A stretch of DNA of 63,146 nucleotides, filler included, from Octopus bimaculoides (taxonomy: Eukaryota), in the NCBI RefSeq assembly GCF_001194135.2. It is 4 parts of 4 records of this genome, joined end to end, with 100 filler letters (N's around TTAATTAATTAA, not from the genome) between each part and the next. Parts side by side here need not be neighbours in the genome. Positions count along the whole stretch, not along the records: positions 1 to 28,594 come from NC_068990.1; 3 more parts are not named here. The stretch is one strand, 5' to 3'. The position numbers were made by a program, and so were the translations under genes. Position 1 is the first letter of the stretch. Each line of letters opens with the position of its first letter. Positions 11,677 through 24,439 of the stretch are shown piece after piece. Below the pieces are notes generated by a model, which had not been told where the DNA came from, searched no databases, and saw nothing but the letters and a program-made list of their open reading frames with translations.

Positions 11677-11915
11677 GATAAATAGATAGATAGATAAATA
11701 GATAGATAGATAGACAGATAGATAGACAGACAGGCACACACACACACACACATACGGCAAGCTCCTTTCACTTTCCATTTCCTGATTCACTCATAAGGGT
11801 TTGGTCGACCTGTGGCTATAGTGAAACATACACCAGCCCAAGATGCCACGCAGTGGGACTGAACACAGAACCATGTGGTCTGGAAGCCTATGTCTTACCA
11901 CACAACTACGACTGT
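11200..11915 (-). mobile_element. Full-length SINE-C with ~320-bp internal (GATA)n/(GACA)n/(CA)n tract
   Basis: 3' arm 11200-11400, repeat about 11432-11752, tRNA-like 5' arm 11753-11915. Confidence 0.85.
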
Positions 11916-13314
11916 GCATGAGGTGGATAGATGGAGTGAAGAAGACGAGCGAATGGGATGATATACACCTTGAATTCGCTCTAAACTTATGTGAAGAAAC
12001 GGTAGAACTTAAGTCAGTATATCTAAAAGATCATCGGAAGTCGGACAGAACTTGAAGGCCCTCATAATCAAAATGTAGTTAGATAGACTAATACAAGTAT
12101 GTCAAATACCATACAACATAAATTCTTCATTTATTAAAATTATCTCCGTTTCTGGAAGTTGTATAATTGTCAAATGATAATGAAGACCAGCTCCATGTGA
12201 GAAGGGGAAATAATCTCCAGATTGAAAAATTTCCTTAAAATTGACATGCCACTAAGGAAAACGACAAGCTCTTACCTACAGATAAAGTGACATTTGAAGG
12301 GGACGTGTTTCTGGCGTAACAGTCGTCATCAGCACGGCCATTGTGCTGTCTTACCTCCAGGAGCCAATGACATAGACTTACATAGAAAAGAGTAGAATAC
12401 ACTGGAAATAACCATGGAACTTAATATCGCAGTTGAAGGGTTAAGAGAATAGTAGACTCAAATACAAAACATTACAAGGGATGAAGTAGTTGCATGCTGT
12501 CAACTTAACGTGACAGTCCCCTGAAGGGAATAATACTATTTCTGGTTAGACCTAGGAAGCTGCACTGCTTCCTTTCGGCCTTGACACATTTCCTGTGTCC
12601 TTATGTTTACAAGAGGGAGACAAGCACCTCCACCCAGCTAAGCCTGCACCCAGAGACATGTTTCTGAGTCTTTGCCCGCCATCAGTGTCACTACTGCATA
12701 AATATCTCCGAGAGATTTAGAAATGTATTATTTCTAAAATTACAAGGAATTCTTACAGGACACGAACAACGGAATCCTTGGCTGCTTGTCTTGTACTCTA
12801 TTAAATAGGCCACCTTTGTTCGTTTGTTTAATCATCTCATATTGGATTATGGATGATTGCTTGTTTTTGGTCTTGAATTATCTCCCCAGTGTTCGATATC
12901 TGTGATGGTTTTTTTTGTTTTTTTATTATTATTATTTTTCTTTATTATTTTTCTTATGCAAACATAATTAACTATTAATTGTATCTGAAAAATCTTTTCA
13001 GCTGCGAACAATCATAGGAGAAATTGTAATCACATATATTATATATTTGGCATTCATAGAATTTTCATAAACAATGGTTAATGTCAACTTCATCTTTAGT
13101 TCTTTTCGTTTTTTCTTATTTTTTACTTGGTAATTCTTTGGAATTAATTTTACAGTGTAATTAAAAGATTGATTATAAATTTACACTATTTGTCGAAGAA
13201 TCGATAAACATATATAAATATACAAAGAAAAAAATATATAGCCCTACAAAAACAATGGAGCACAGAATCATTGTAGAATACAAACAAGCAAGTCAAAGTA
13301 ACCGTACATAAATC

Positions 13315-13473
13315 AACAACAACAACAACAACAATAATAACAACAACAGTAGCAGCAAAAACAGCAATAACAACAGTAATACCTACACCAACAATAACAC
13401 ATCATCATAATGATGATCATCATCATTAGCAGCAGCAAAAACAACAGCAGCAGTAGCAACAACAACAACAACA

Positions 13474-13504
<31 letters not shown>

Positions 13505-13525
13505 TAAGAATAACAACAACAAAAC
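13315..13525. repeat. (CAA)n/(CAG)n/(AAT) compound trinucleotide repeat
   Basis: Direct reading. Confidence 0.9.
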
Positions 13526-14069
13526 CTCGGAAAACAAAACAAACCACGTGGAATTTATGAGCTGCAAGTCAAAACGCACATCACGAATATTTTGGTTGTC
13601 AAGGATATAAAACTACATCTTTATTGGAAAGCGAAGCAAAAAGAGGTTACAGGTTTTTAGCGCAACCTCAAAATCTATCCAACCTTATTCAGTGTCACGT
13701 CCGAAAGTATTCAATCAGTTTAATCAAATAATTCAACGTAGCAAAGGGGTTGGGGTGGGGGTTTTTTTTTTACATGAGGGCCATGTGGATGGGTGGGTGC
13801 GTGGGTGGTTGCTGGAAGAGAAAATAAAATAAAATAAAGGATGCTCTGAGATTTGTTAGAGAAAAGTAGAATTGTTTCTGGTTGCCAGCTAGTCTGGTAT
13901 AAATGAGATTGCTTAATGTATAATCTAACTGATTGAATGTCAGCAAGCGATTAAAACAAGTAACTCAGTGAGCTAACGAGGGAGTGTTTGTATAGGTCGT
14001 GGGCATCCTTTATTCGAGAAGCGGGCCGCATGAGACGTGGCTCGTCATCGGGCGAACCAAACTACTGAG

Positions 14070-14200
14070 AAATTTCGAGGTAATTTTTCGTTAGGTCTGG
14101 ATAGATAACCATTTACGCGAACTACCGAGCGGATGTTGCTGTATAAGGCAGCGATCCAACCGCGGAAGACGGGACCGAAATTTTGGCTGATGACCAGCAT
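14070..14200 (-). mobile_element. Tx1/L1-clade RT fragment
   Basis: FGPVFRGWIAALYSNIRSVVRVNGYLS, the stretch preceding RQGCPLSP in L1/Tx1 RTs. Confidence 0.75.
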
Positions 14201-15336
14201 TTTACACTTATGGGTTCCCCCCAACAGCACAATTACATTATCTTTTTATGCTTATATCGTGTTTGTGATTCTTCATCCTCAATTTTCAGAGTTCATTTAT
14301 GAGACGATTTCCATTACAAGATAATCCTAAAAGCATCATAGATCTGCTGAAAGATTTTTCCTGGAGAATTAACTTAACTAACTCTACAAGAAACATAACA
14401 GCTGTTTCCTTGATACTCAACACTTTTAGCCACACAATATACAGAAAGTCTTTGCAGGCCGTTGGTTGCCCATATCTGATCTACTTGAATACCCGACCGG
14501 CTCGAAACAGAAGCTCACTCTTACTAAAATTACACGACTCCAGATTAAGAAAAGAAGTACATATTCAATAATACAGACTGACAAACTATCAGAAAAGGTG
14601 GGACGGCTATAGCAGGAAAGCCTTTTAATCATAGATCTGATTCGGAGCTAAACAACAAGAACAAGAGCAACGAAACAGTAACAGGCAATATATCTGATTA
14701 GACATTAATTTTTGCTACACTGACAGAAATATCTAATCGATATATTTGCTTTATAGGATCGAAGCATATTCTAATAGCAGCATAAATAATGCAATTGATT
14801 CGGCTGTACTATGTTATACTAATATCGCGTCCGATTTAGACTTGTCAGTGTCGATTATAATGAAACTGCTTTACTATCAAACCTACTTGTTCCTTGTTGG
14901 TATATGGTCCCAACGGCAATATAACTAGCGGTGATTTGGACGTACTTATCACAAGGAGACATTGCATGATTAGTTAATTTTAAAGAGAGTGAAATGTACT
15001 TTATATACCAGTGTGTAAGACGCGCTTTAGAAAGTTTTTTAAATGTATCAAAAAATTAAGGCATCTAATGTGGCTGTATTATGGATGGGAGACTGTGTGT
15101 CGTAGGATAGGAAGCAGGTTGAGCATCAGTCAACTAAGAATAGTAATTGTTACGAGTAAAAACAAAGAGGAAAACAAGCTTGTGATCCATCTTTAATCGT
15201 CACGTTGCACCTCTTTTCCTAGCAGATATAACGCACGCCTGATGCATATCTTACATTATTTAATAACTGTATTACTTTTAAGGAACATTTAAAAAATGAT
15301 CTAAATGACAATTCCCCCAGAAAGAATATTATTTTC

Positions 15337-15540
15337 TGCTCTAGGCACAAGTCCCGAAATTTTTTGGGGAGGGGGCTAGTCGATTAGAGCGACCCCAGTG
15401 CGCAACTGGTACTTAATTTATCGACCCCGAAAGGATGAAAGGCATAGTCGACCTCGGCGGAATTTGATCTCAGAACGTAAAGACAGACGAAATATCGCTA
15501 AGCATTTCGCCCGGCGTGCTAACGTTTCTGCCAGTTCGCC
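15337..15540 (-). mobile_element. SINE-A, near full length
   Basis: Close match to the family consensus. Confidence 0.9.
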
Positions 15541-15564
15541 CAGAAAGAGTATCGAACACAATTA

Positions 15565-16057
15565 GGTGGTTGTTTGGCGTGTGATCTACGAGGGAAATTA
15601 TTTTAGGTTACTTTTAAAATTATTTTGTACTTACTTAGCATTGTAAATGCGATTTTTTAAAATTCTTACTATTTTAATAATAAGAAAACCGTATAATAAT
15701 TAAAATAAGCGCGTAGATCACCCACCATAGTAAATTTGCTCACGTAGATCACACGAAAAGTAGTACTAACACAAAGTAAAATAAAAAGTGACCTAAAGTA
15801 ATCTCCCTTTAACTTGTAGATCACATGGCAAAGTGGCACATTTCTTTTCTTAGGAAATTATGTGAATTTAGTGCTGGTTTCTTATAAAAATACAACTGCC
15901 TTCTGGTTTCTTGTAAAAATACAATTGCCTTCGTCTCGTTGCTGTTCACATTGTAACAGTCTTTAGCCAACATCTTCTGGGTTCTTAGAAATTGAAAAGT
16001 AAATTAAAGAGTAATCTAAAGTAATCTCCCTTGTAGATCACACGCCAAAGGAGCACC
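15565..16057. mobile_element. MITE with ~55-bp imperfect TIRs and 8-bp TSD
   Basis: ggtggttgtttggcgtgtgatctacgagggaaattattttaggttac / gtaatctaaagtaatctcccttgtagatcacacgccaaaggagcacc; flanks cacaatta (15557-15564) and caaaatta (16058-16065). Confidence 0.75.
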
Positions 16058-16189
16058 CAAAATTACCCATGCACGCCATCAGTATAGAAAAAGTTAGTAT
16101 TAACATACTGAACAGATTAAATTGATATTAGCCAAGGTACAAGTAGTTTCTTTCACTTCACCGTATGCGTAATTTTAAAATTGATCGTT

Positions 16190-16375
16190 TCTAATTTTGG
16201 CATAAAACCAGTTATTTTAGTGGAAGAGATAAGTCGATTATATCGATCCCTGTGCTCAACTGATACTTATTTTATCGAAGCCCGAAAGATGAAGGGCAAA
16301 GTTGATCTCAGTGGTATTTAAACTAAAAACGTAAAATGCTGGAAGAACTGCTGCTAAGCAGTTTTTATGACACGC
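16190..16375 (-). mobile_element. SINE-A, degenerate
   Basis: gtcgattatatcgatccctgtgctcaactgatacttattttatcg. Confidence 0.75.
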
Positions 16376-17419
16376 TATTAACTGAGATTTATAAGTTGTT
16401 GCTTCTACTCGACTTGAACACATTTAAGCAAATTAATATTTTCGTTTCTTTACTCTATGTTCAATCTTGATTAAATGGTTTATTTATTTTTGCTCACTGC
16501 AGTAAGCATATTTGTACTTGGATGACATATATTTGTATAATGACAGCTTCAGGGCAATGAAATAATATCAAATAACTTTGGAGAAAGAATACACTGATCA
16601 AATACTATCTATTATATATAAAAAATAAATATTTCCACTTATCACTTTATTTAAATAAATCTCGAGGATTTAAATAGATAAATTTAATCAGCATACGTTG
16701 ATATATTCTAATTGATTTAAGAACTAATGAATTGGAGGTCAGAATTATGACTGCAGAATATTTAATCAAAAGGATATTTATAAACGTTATGGCCACTTCT
16801 AAACACTAAAAAACTATCGATAAACTAAACCGTGAGGAAACGGATATCAATGCCGATTATTGATGTAGATGTCAGGATGATACGCTTGACTATTTACTTA
16901 ATTTGAATATTTTAAATATTAATTTGATAATAAGATAGTAAGGTGCTTGTAATCTATCACTAAACATTTTCTTTAAAACTTCATATGTCTCGTCAACACA
17001 AGTGGAGTGTTAAGTGCTTATAATTGCTTACATAAATTAATAAAAGATTTCCATATGATTTATTTTTAACAACATTGAAACGGTCGTGAGTAGACCATTA
17101 ATCATAGGTCTGCTCAGGAGGAAGGGATGCAGCATCCATACCATTTTGAAGTCACGTAGATTAGTGAAGTGATGGAACCCCTCCCAGCACAGGAGCCTGG
17201 TTCAAACACTTGAAATAACGAACTCCATCAAAGGTACTCAAGTGTTAGCTGACGATCGTGGTGATATCAAGAAGATGAAGTTTCTCAGTACAAGAAAGTG
17301 AATTATTAATTTTTCTTTTCCCCGTGCTTATCTGTATTCTTCTATAAAAGTTTGGGTAACAAGTCTCATGTACCCGTGGGATGAGACTATTATTGTCTTC
17401 GGGTCCCTGTTGAAGACGT

Positions 17420-17750
17420 AAAACTATTTGATTGACTGTACTGTTACGGACATGTCCTCCGTCTTCCACTAGATCATCCTCCTATCAGGGCTTTACTCTT
17501 ATTCGACGCAGCAACTGCGGGCTGGAAGAAGCCTCATGGCAGGTTCCAAACCAGATGGCTGGATGTGATTAGCAAAGACCTTCAGAGGCGCAATGTCACC
17601 TTGAAGAACGCAAAGGAGCTGGCACGGGACCGCCAGAAATAGAGAACACTGATGGACCTGGTCGCTTCTATGCATAATGAGGTCTCTGGGACTATTAACC
17701 TGGAATGACTCCAACCTCATCCAGCAAGAGCATGAAGTAAACAAGCAAAC
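17420..17750 (+). mobile_element. RTE-type LINE 3' end
   Basis: YGHVLRLPLDHPPIRALLLFDAATAGWKKPHGRFQTRWLDVISKDL...AKELARDRQK*R. Confidence 0.8.
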
Positions 17751-18189
17751 ATTTCAAAAATTGTTATAATAACTGATTGGTTACTATGCTCATACAGATT
17801 AAGAGCAGAATCTTTAAGTCAAATCCATTTCAAATGGAACAAACTCCAACCGATTATCCTCAATATCCTTCTTGTATTTCGTTATCGTCTAATAATATAT
17901 TTCCAATAATTTTAACTGTTTCGTTCATCCTTCATAAAAGTTTCAACACACTTGCTGTTATCTTCTCAACTGATGCATCATTATTCGCTAAAGGTCAGAA
18001 AAGAGACATCTACTGGTCTCATTTGTGAATGATCGATTAAAAATCATTGTTCGACAGCGGTGGAAAATTCCTGCTTCTTGAACAATATTATCGATGTTGT
18101 TCCCCAAACGATCATGTCGCTATGTTTGATCTCCGTTATTTATTGCAGTTTGTAGCGCGCTGGTCATTTATTTTATATCGATGGTAAAT

Positions 18190-18410
18190 GGCGACGAGCT
18201 GACAGAATCGTTACCGCACCGGGAAAAAATGCTTAGTAGCATTTCTTCTGGGTTTATGTCCTCAGTTCAAATACAACCAAGGCCGACTTTGCCTTTCATC
18301 CATTAGGGGTCGATAAAATATGTACTATCTTAGGAATCGGATCGATACAGTTGAGTTACTCCTCTCCAAAATCTTGATAGCCTTGGGTCAAAATTTGAAA
18401 CCTTTATATC
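18190..18410 (+). mobile_element. SINE-A, full length, diverged
   Basis: ggcgacgagctgacagaatcgttaccgcacc...aaaatttgaaacc. Confidence 0.85.
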
Positions 18411-19524
18411 ATTGGTTTTAGTCTCATTGTTGAGGCCTGTGGTTTTGTTTGGAAAAGCTCATTCGAAATAGGACTCTCTCACACACAAAGTACATACACA
18501 AATTACATACACACATACACACACTTACATAGGATAAGCCTCTATGTTTTATTAAAGACAATGGGTCTAACAGAATAGTAATAAAACTCTCCAGAGAGCT
18601 GAACAGCAGAGGATCTTCAGAGAAGAAACCTACCTCAGCCAAGTATTTCGGTCCTTAACTTCTTACACTTTAAGAGGGCCAGGCAGCATCCAGGTCACGA
18701 CTCCTGGGTGCCCTTCTGCTGACATCTTTTAGTCATTTGTATATCGGAGTCTTGTGCATTTAAACCGATTGATGATTTCATCTAACTGTAACTCCAATCC
18801 GCTGATTCGGCATTCAAATTTATTCCTTAAGAAGAAATAACGCTGGCTGTCATGATAGCGGCATTTTGCTTCGTCATAAAATATATTCTAATGGATTCAT
18901 TGTTCTTCATAAAATATTTTGATATTTAACTCCAGCACATTATTATTCTTAGTGGTCTGTGATTGCCTTCTGAACAGGTAACTCAGAACATCGCAGGATG
19001 TAGGTATATGTAAAACAAAATGTTAAGCAAAGAGACACAACTCTGCAAATGGTTAACAAGTGGAATGATATAGCCAGACATTCAGTATGATGATGAATGT
19101 TTATCGAAATGAATAAAATGCATAATTATTAAAAGAACTTTAAATTTTCTATATCACGAGATTTGGGATACAAATTGCGTGTAATGACAACTGCTAGCAA
19201 TTACAAACAAGAAATGTATATTTAAGATAACTTTCAAAGGGATTTGATGGTATCAAATGAAAGATACAAATTCAGGGTTTGCTTGTTTTATCCAATTTCA
19301 TAATTCCAGAGGGCTTATAGCAATCGATTGTCTCAACACGATATATTGTAATATGCGTGGAAGAAAGCTGTCTTTTATATTAACATATAAAGTTACTTAC
19401 ACGAAAGATGCGGAGGCTCAAAAGAAAGCACGCACATAAGGCATCAAATGTTTTACACATACAACAATCTGCACCCTCCATCACCTCAATATCTACGCAG
19501 AATATATGCTTATGTATCTTTCAT

Positions 19525-19648
19525 TCATATACATACATGCATACATACGTGCATGAATACACACACATACATATACACACAAACACACACACACATATAT
19601 ATATATATATACATACACATGCACACGTCTACCTACCTACCTACCTAC

Positions 19649-19719
<71 letters not shown>

Positions 19720-19722
19720 CCG

Positions 19723-19758
<36 letters not shown>

Positions 19759-19760
19759 CT
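19525..19760. repeat. Compound microsatellite CATA/CA/TA/CTAC/CTAT/GTCT
   Basis: Direct reading. Confidence 0.9.
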
Positions 19761-20209
19761 TTATAAGAACTATTATCAAAGATTTAAATATATTTTCTAA
19801 TTCTCAAATCGAGCAGCGGCAGTCTAGAATATATCGAACAGTAACGCCGATGCACCAAACGCGCACTCAAACTCACTCGAGTGCATACTCAGAAAATGAT
19901 ACTCTTACAAACATATACACACGCGCATATCCACACATCAACACGCATTCACACACATATGCACATACATAGTACAAACACACACGCATACATGTATGTG
20001 CAGATATATATAACTGCATACATGCATGTATGTATACACACACACTCATACACACACACACACACACACACTAAATTGCATATCTCTGTTTCATACAGGA
20101 GTGTCACACATTCACAAATTGTTGCCACAAGAGAGAAACAGATGCATATTGTGTTGCACGAAATGTTTTAAAAGTATTATCTGCTCTGGTACATTGCTTT
20201 TCATAGCTC

Positions 20210-20271
<62 letters not shown>

Positions 20272-22085
20272 NNNNNNNNNNNNNNNNNNNNNNNNNNNNN
20301 NNNNNNNNNNNNNNNNNNNNNNNNNNNNNNNNNNNNNNNNNNNNNNNNNNNNNNNNNNNNNNNNNNNNNNNNNNNNNNNNNNNNNNNNNNNNNNNNNNNN
20401 NNNNNNNNNNNNNNNNNNNNNNNNNNNNNNNNNNNNNNNNNNNNNNNNNNNNNNNNNNNNNNNNNNNNNNNNNNNNNNNNNNNNNNNNNNNNNNNNNNNN
20501 NNNNNNNNNNNNNNNNNNNNNNNNNNNNNNNNNNNNNNNNNNNNNNNNNNNNNNNNNNNNNNNNNNNNNNNNNNNNNNNNNNNNNNNNNNNNNNNNNNNN
20601 NNNNNNNNNNNNNNNNNNNNNNNNNNNNNNNNNNNNNNNNNNNNNNNNNNNNNNNNNNNNNNNNNNNNNNNNNNNNNNNNNNNNNNNNNNNNNNNNNNNN
20701 NNNNNNNNNNNNNNNNNNNNNNNNNNNNNNNNNNNNNNNNNNNNNNNNNNNNNNNNNNNNNNNNNNNNNNNNNNNNNNNNNNNNNNNNNNNNNNNNNNNN
20801 NNNNNNNNNNNNNNNNNNNNNNNNNNNNNNNNNNNNNNNNNNNNNNNNNNNNNNNNNNNNNNNNNNNNNNNNNNNNNNNNNNNNNNNNNNNNNNNNNNNN
20901 NNNNNNNNNNNNNNNNNNNNNNNNNNNNNNNNNNNNNNNNNNNNNNNNNNNNNNNNNNNNNNNNNNNNNNNNNNNNNNNNNNNNNNNNNNNNNNNNNNNN
21001 NNNNNNNNNNNNNNNNNNNNNNNNNNNNNNNNNNNNNNNNNNNNNNNNNNNNNNNNNNNNNNNNNNNNNNNNNNNNNNNNNNNNNNNNNNNNNNNNNNNN
21101 NNNNNNNNNNNNNNNNNNNNTATATATATATATATATATATTTATTTATATACACACGAGTGATCGCAACGTGAGATGAAGTTGTTTTGCTCAAGAACAC
21201 AATTATGCAAATGATTCTTCCAGTTCGCTGCCTTGTTATATGCATATATATGCATATATATGCATATATGTATACACACACAGACACATATGCATATATA
21301 TTTATGCATACACTTACAAAACCTCAATTTTCACCGACCAAAGAACTCATAAATGAGTATGCGTCTATGTACATATGTGTGTGTATGTGTGAGTGTATGT
21401 GTGTGTGCCAGAGCTTTACCTTTTAATTTCATGTTTTTCTAAGGAAAAATATATCATAAATGATAAGAATATTGATAAATAACCTTAATTTATTTTTAGG
21501 TAGGAGATAAAAAAAACGAACAAAAAGAAAAACATAAAAATTAAACAACTCCCGCCTTTTGTCAGGTATATCAATCAATGCCATTTTCTGATGTATCTAT
21601 AGCAGGGGTCTTCAGCTTTTAAGTCGGTCGCGTGCCTTATCTACAACATTACGATATTTCGTGCTAAGACTTAATTACTTTACTCTAAAATGTAAAGTTC
21701 CACATGACCAAGAGACTTTCAGGAAGCCTTTTAACTCTATATCACTAAAACTCTTGGTATTCCTTTAGAAATATACAAAGATAAAATTTTATTTATTATT
21801 TCAGTCAAAGTAATTCAACAGATATCTGTATATTTCTATTTTACTCACCGAATTCGCCAATGTTTGGGAAACGATTTGAATTTCTTAAGCTTTATATTCT
21901 GTTGGCCATCAGTTGTAAAGTGCATGACCTGGATGTATATAGATCTAATTCAAAGTCTGGTTATTTTGCTTCCTGAGTTTTCCAATGATTTGTGTGTTTG
22001 GTTTTCATTATATATATGAAAACTGATATAATATATATATATATATATAGATTATGAGAGGTAATGGTGTCAGTAAGACCCAAGG

Positions 22086-23051
22086 GTGTCAGTAATGCTG
22101 AGTAAGAACTTAGCTAAATCCTTCTTTAAAATACTAGACTCTAACTTCCCTCGGCAACATAAGTATCATTCTATCATTAATCGATCTACTCTGAAACTAT
22201 CCTATTCTACCTCACCCAACTTCGAATCTATTGTGGCAGCCTCTAATAAGCAAAAGCTTTGTCTTTACTATAAAAACTCACATAACTACAACTCTAGTCA
22301 TACGAACATTCAACACACACACAGCTCCAGTACAGATACCCGTACATTAGACCACAACCACAACCCAACCCATCCTACTGACACTGCCCGGAACACCACC
22401 ACAATCTCTACTGCCCTTGTAAATAGTACAATTAATAACAACAATAGTAATAATAGCAATGATGGTAATGATAACGTTAATAATACTAATAATATAGAAT
22501 CTTCTATCCCCTTCTCTAACCACTCCTCTGATGATATTACCTCCTCTATTGAACGCAGCCCCCAAAATTCACCTAATTGTAACTGCCGTCCTAGAACCAC
22601 CTGCCTGTTACAAACCCATTGCAGAAGATATAATGTAATTTACAAATGCACTGTCCTTAATCTATTACACAACTCTACAGCTATATACATAGGATCAACC
22701 AAAAATTTTAAGCAACGATATGCCGCTTACCTCCATTCTTTTAGATACGATAAATGTAATAATTCTACAACACTCGCCAACCACATACATTATCTCAAAA
22801 ATACAAATATACCCTATACTCTATCATGGTCCATACTGGACTCAGGGCTTACCTACTGAGGTCAACGCTCAACTTGAAAATCTTGCCTGAAGGAAGCACT
22901 TCACATATTAAAGCACAACTCTCCAGCACTGCTAAATAAATATAATGAGGCACTAAATACATGCAACCACCGCTTTTTTCACACATTCAAATTTTACCAC
23001 AAATCCAAATGCCTAAACGACCATACAGTATATTTCCACAATACCCCTTAG
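22086..23051 (+). mobile_element. Penelope-like element (Naiad-type) 3' part: RT thumb, linker, CxCx5C motif, GIY-YIG endonuclease
   Basis: KSFFKILDSNFP..HKYHSIINRSTLKLSYS; CNCRPRTTC; IYIGSTKNFKQRY; LANHIHYLK; Y*GQRST*KSCLKE; LLNKYNE; CNH. One frame to TAG at 23049-23051 with two internal TGA. Confidence 0.9.
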
Positions 23052-23189
23052 GTAATCCCAATAACCTAAAAGTCTACATTTTTACTCTTAATCCTTATCT
23101 AATTCCTCACTCATACTCAATTATCACTATCATCTAATTATACTCACAAGCTATTGGAATGTTATATGTATACCATTCTGCCTAAATAA

Positions 23190-23236
23190 TGGATCTATCT
23201 ATCTATCTATCCATCCATCCATCCATCTATCCATCC

Positions 23237-23313
<77 letters not shown>
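23190..23313. repeat. (CTAT)n/(CCAT)n microsatellite
   Basis: Direct reading. Confidence 0.95.
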
Positions 23314-23314
<1 letters not shown>

Positions 23315-23319
23315 ATGGG

Positions 23320-23830
23320 CCCTTTTAAAATCCAATGTATTGTTAAAGCGCCGAATACTGCATTATTGACCTCGAGAGGACCTCTCATATGGGCGCATGG
23401 TGCAAGGTACGTATATTCATACTGCTGGCAGACGAAACTCATCTGTTACGGACGCCAGAACTGCCACATCAAGATGACATCTCTTTAGTGGCTGACGTCC
23501 GGTAGACGCATACAGCCAATTATCGCTGCCATTAATGTATGGAATTTGATTGACTGTTCATGTATTTATCCTGCAAATAGCCAACAGACTTATTACGAAT
23601 AAATTATTTGCGACAAGAGCAGTATTGATACTAAAAATCAATCTTTATATCAAACCTAACGTGACTGTATTGTTAGAATGCGGATTATTGCGGTATTTAC
23701 TTTCGGAGGACCTCTTCTTTGGATACATGGTCCATAAAAACACATATTTATATCGCTGGCAGACGAGAATATAAATATATGTGCCTTTATGTTCCATGCG
23801 TCAATATAAGACGTCCTCTCAAAGTAGATA
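23320..23830. repeat. Second array of the ~330-bp tandem family (~1.5 units)
   Basis: gaggacctct at 23376 and 23706 (period 330); gctggcagacga occurs twice; aligns by eye to 4965-5698. Confidence 0.7.
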
Positions 23831-24439
23831 ACGCACTACTTGACTCTCAAACACTGCATCCACGTTAAGTTGGATATAAAGATTGCCTTTTAGCTGAAAT
23901 ACTGCTTTAGTCGTTATCCATCTATCAACTTATAAATATATATATATCTGTCTACAAACACACGCATACACACATACGCACAAATACACACACATATGCG
24001 TACACACATACGCACACACGCATACATACATTCATGCATACATACAGACACGCACACACGTACACAATCTTATTGAGAATCATTTGTCATGTGTGACAGC
24101 CATCCGGATTTGTGTGGATATAGTTGCTCTTATAATCAAGAATTTACATACATAAATCATTGCTGAATATACAGAAATCACACTTTACCAAAATATTCTT
24201 TTCTGACGGTTTCCTTTCAATGATAGAGACTGATACATTATTTCCTGAGTAAGTTTAATTAGTTGATATTAAGATTTAATGAGAATAATTGTGATATTGT
24301 ATAATAATTCAACTATTTCAGCACCCGTTTATTAAGATTTCACACATTATAGAGCTTATTTAATTATATTAATCAATAGCAAAATATTTAGAATTATGTA
24401 AGACACACAGAGAAAACTATTAGAAAATATCGGAAAACT

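Noticed and set aside
11335-11790. YLSI, CV, YI, HT, poly-L/N/I ORFs throughout the window
   Set aside because: Translations of microsatellites; no coding signal.
13744-13810. G-rich tract, possible G-quadruplex
   Set aside because: Irregular G-tracts and no functional context.
18590-18730. ~46-codon open stretch RAEQQRIFREETYL...
   Set aside because: Poor splice sites and no recognised homology.
21602-21930. caggggtcttca as a hAT left TIR
   Set aside because: No convincing matching right TIR or TSD.
23052-23190. SECIS element or hammerhead ribozyme after the first Penelope ORF
   Set aside because: No AUGA/GA quartet or CUGANGA..GAAA core visible by eye; a covariance-model search is needed to exclude it.
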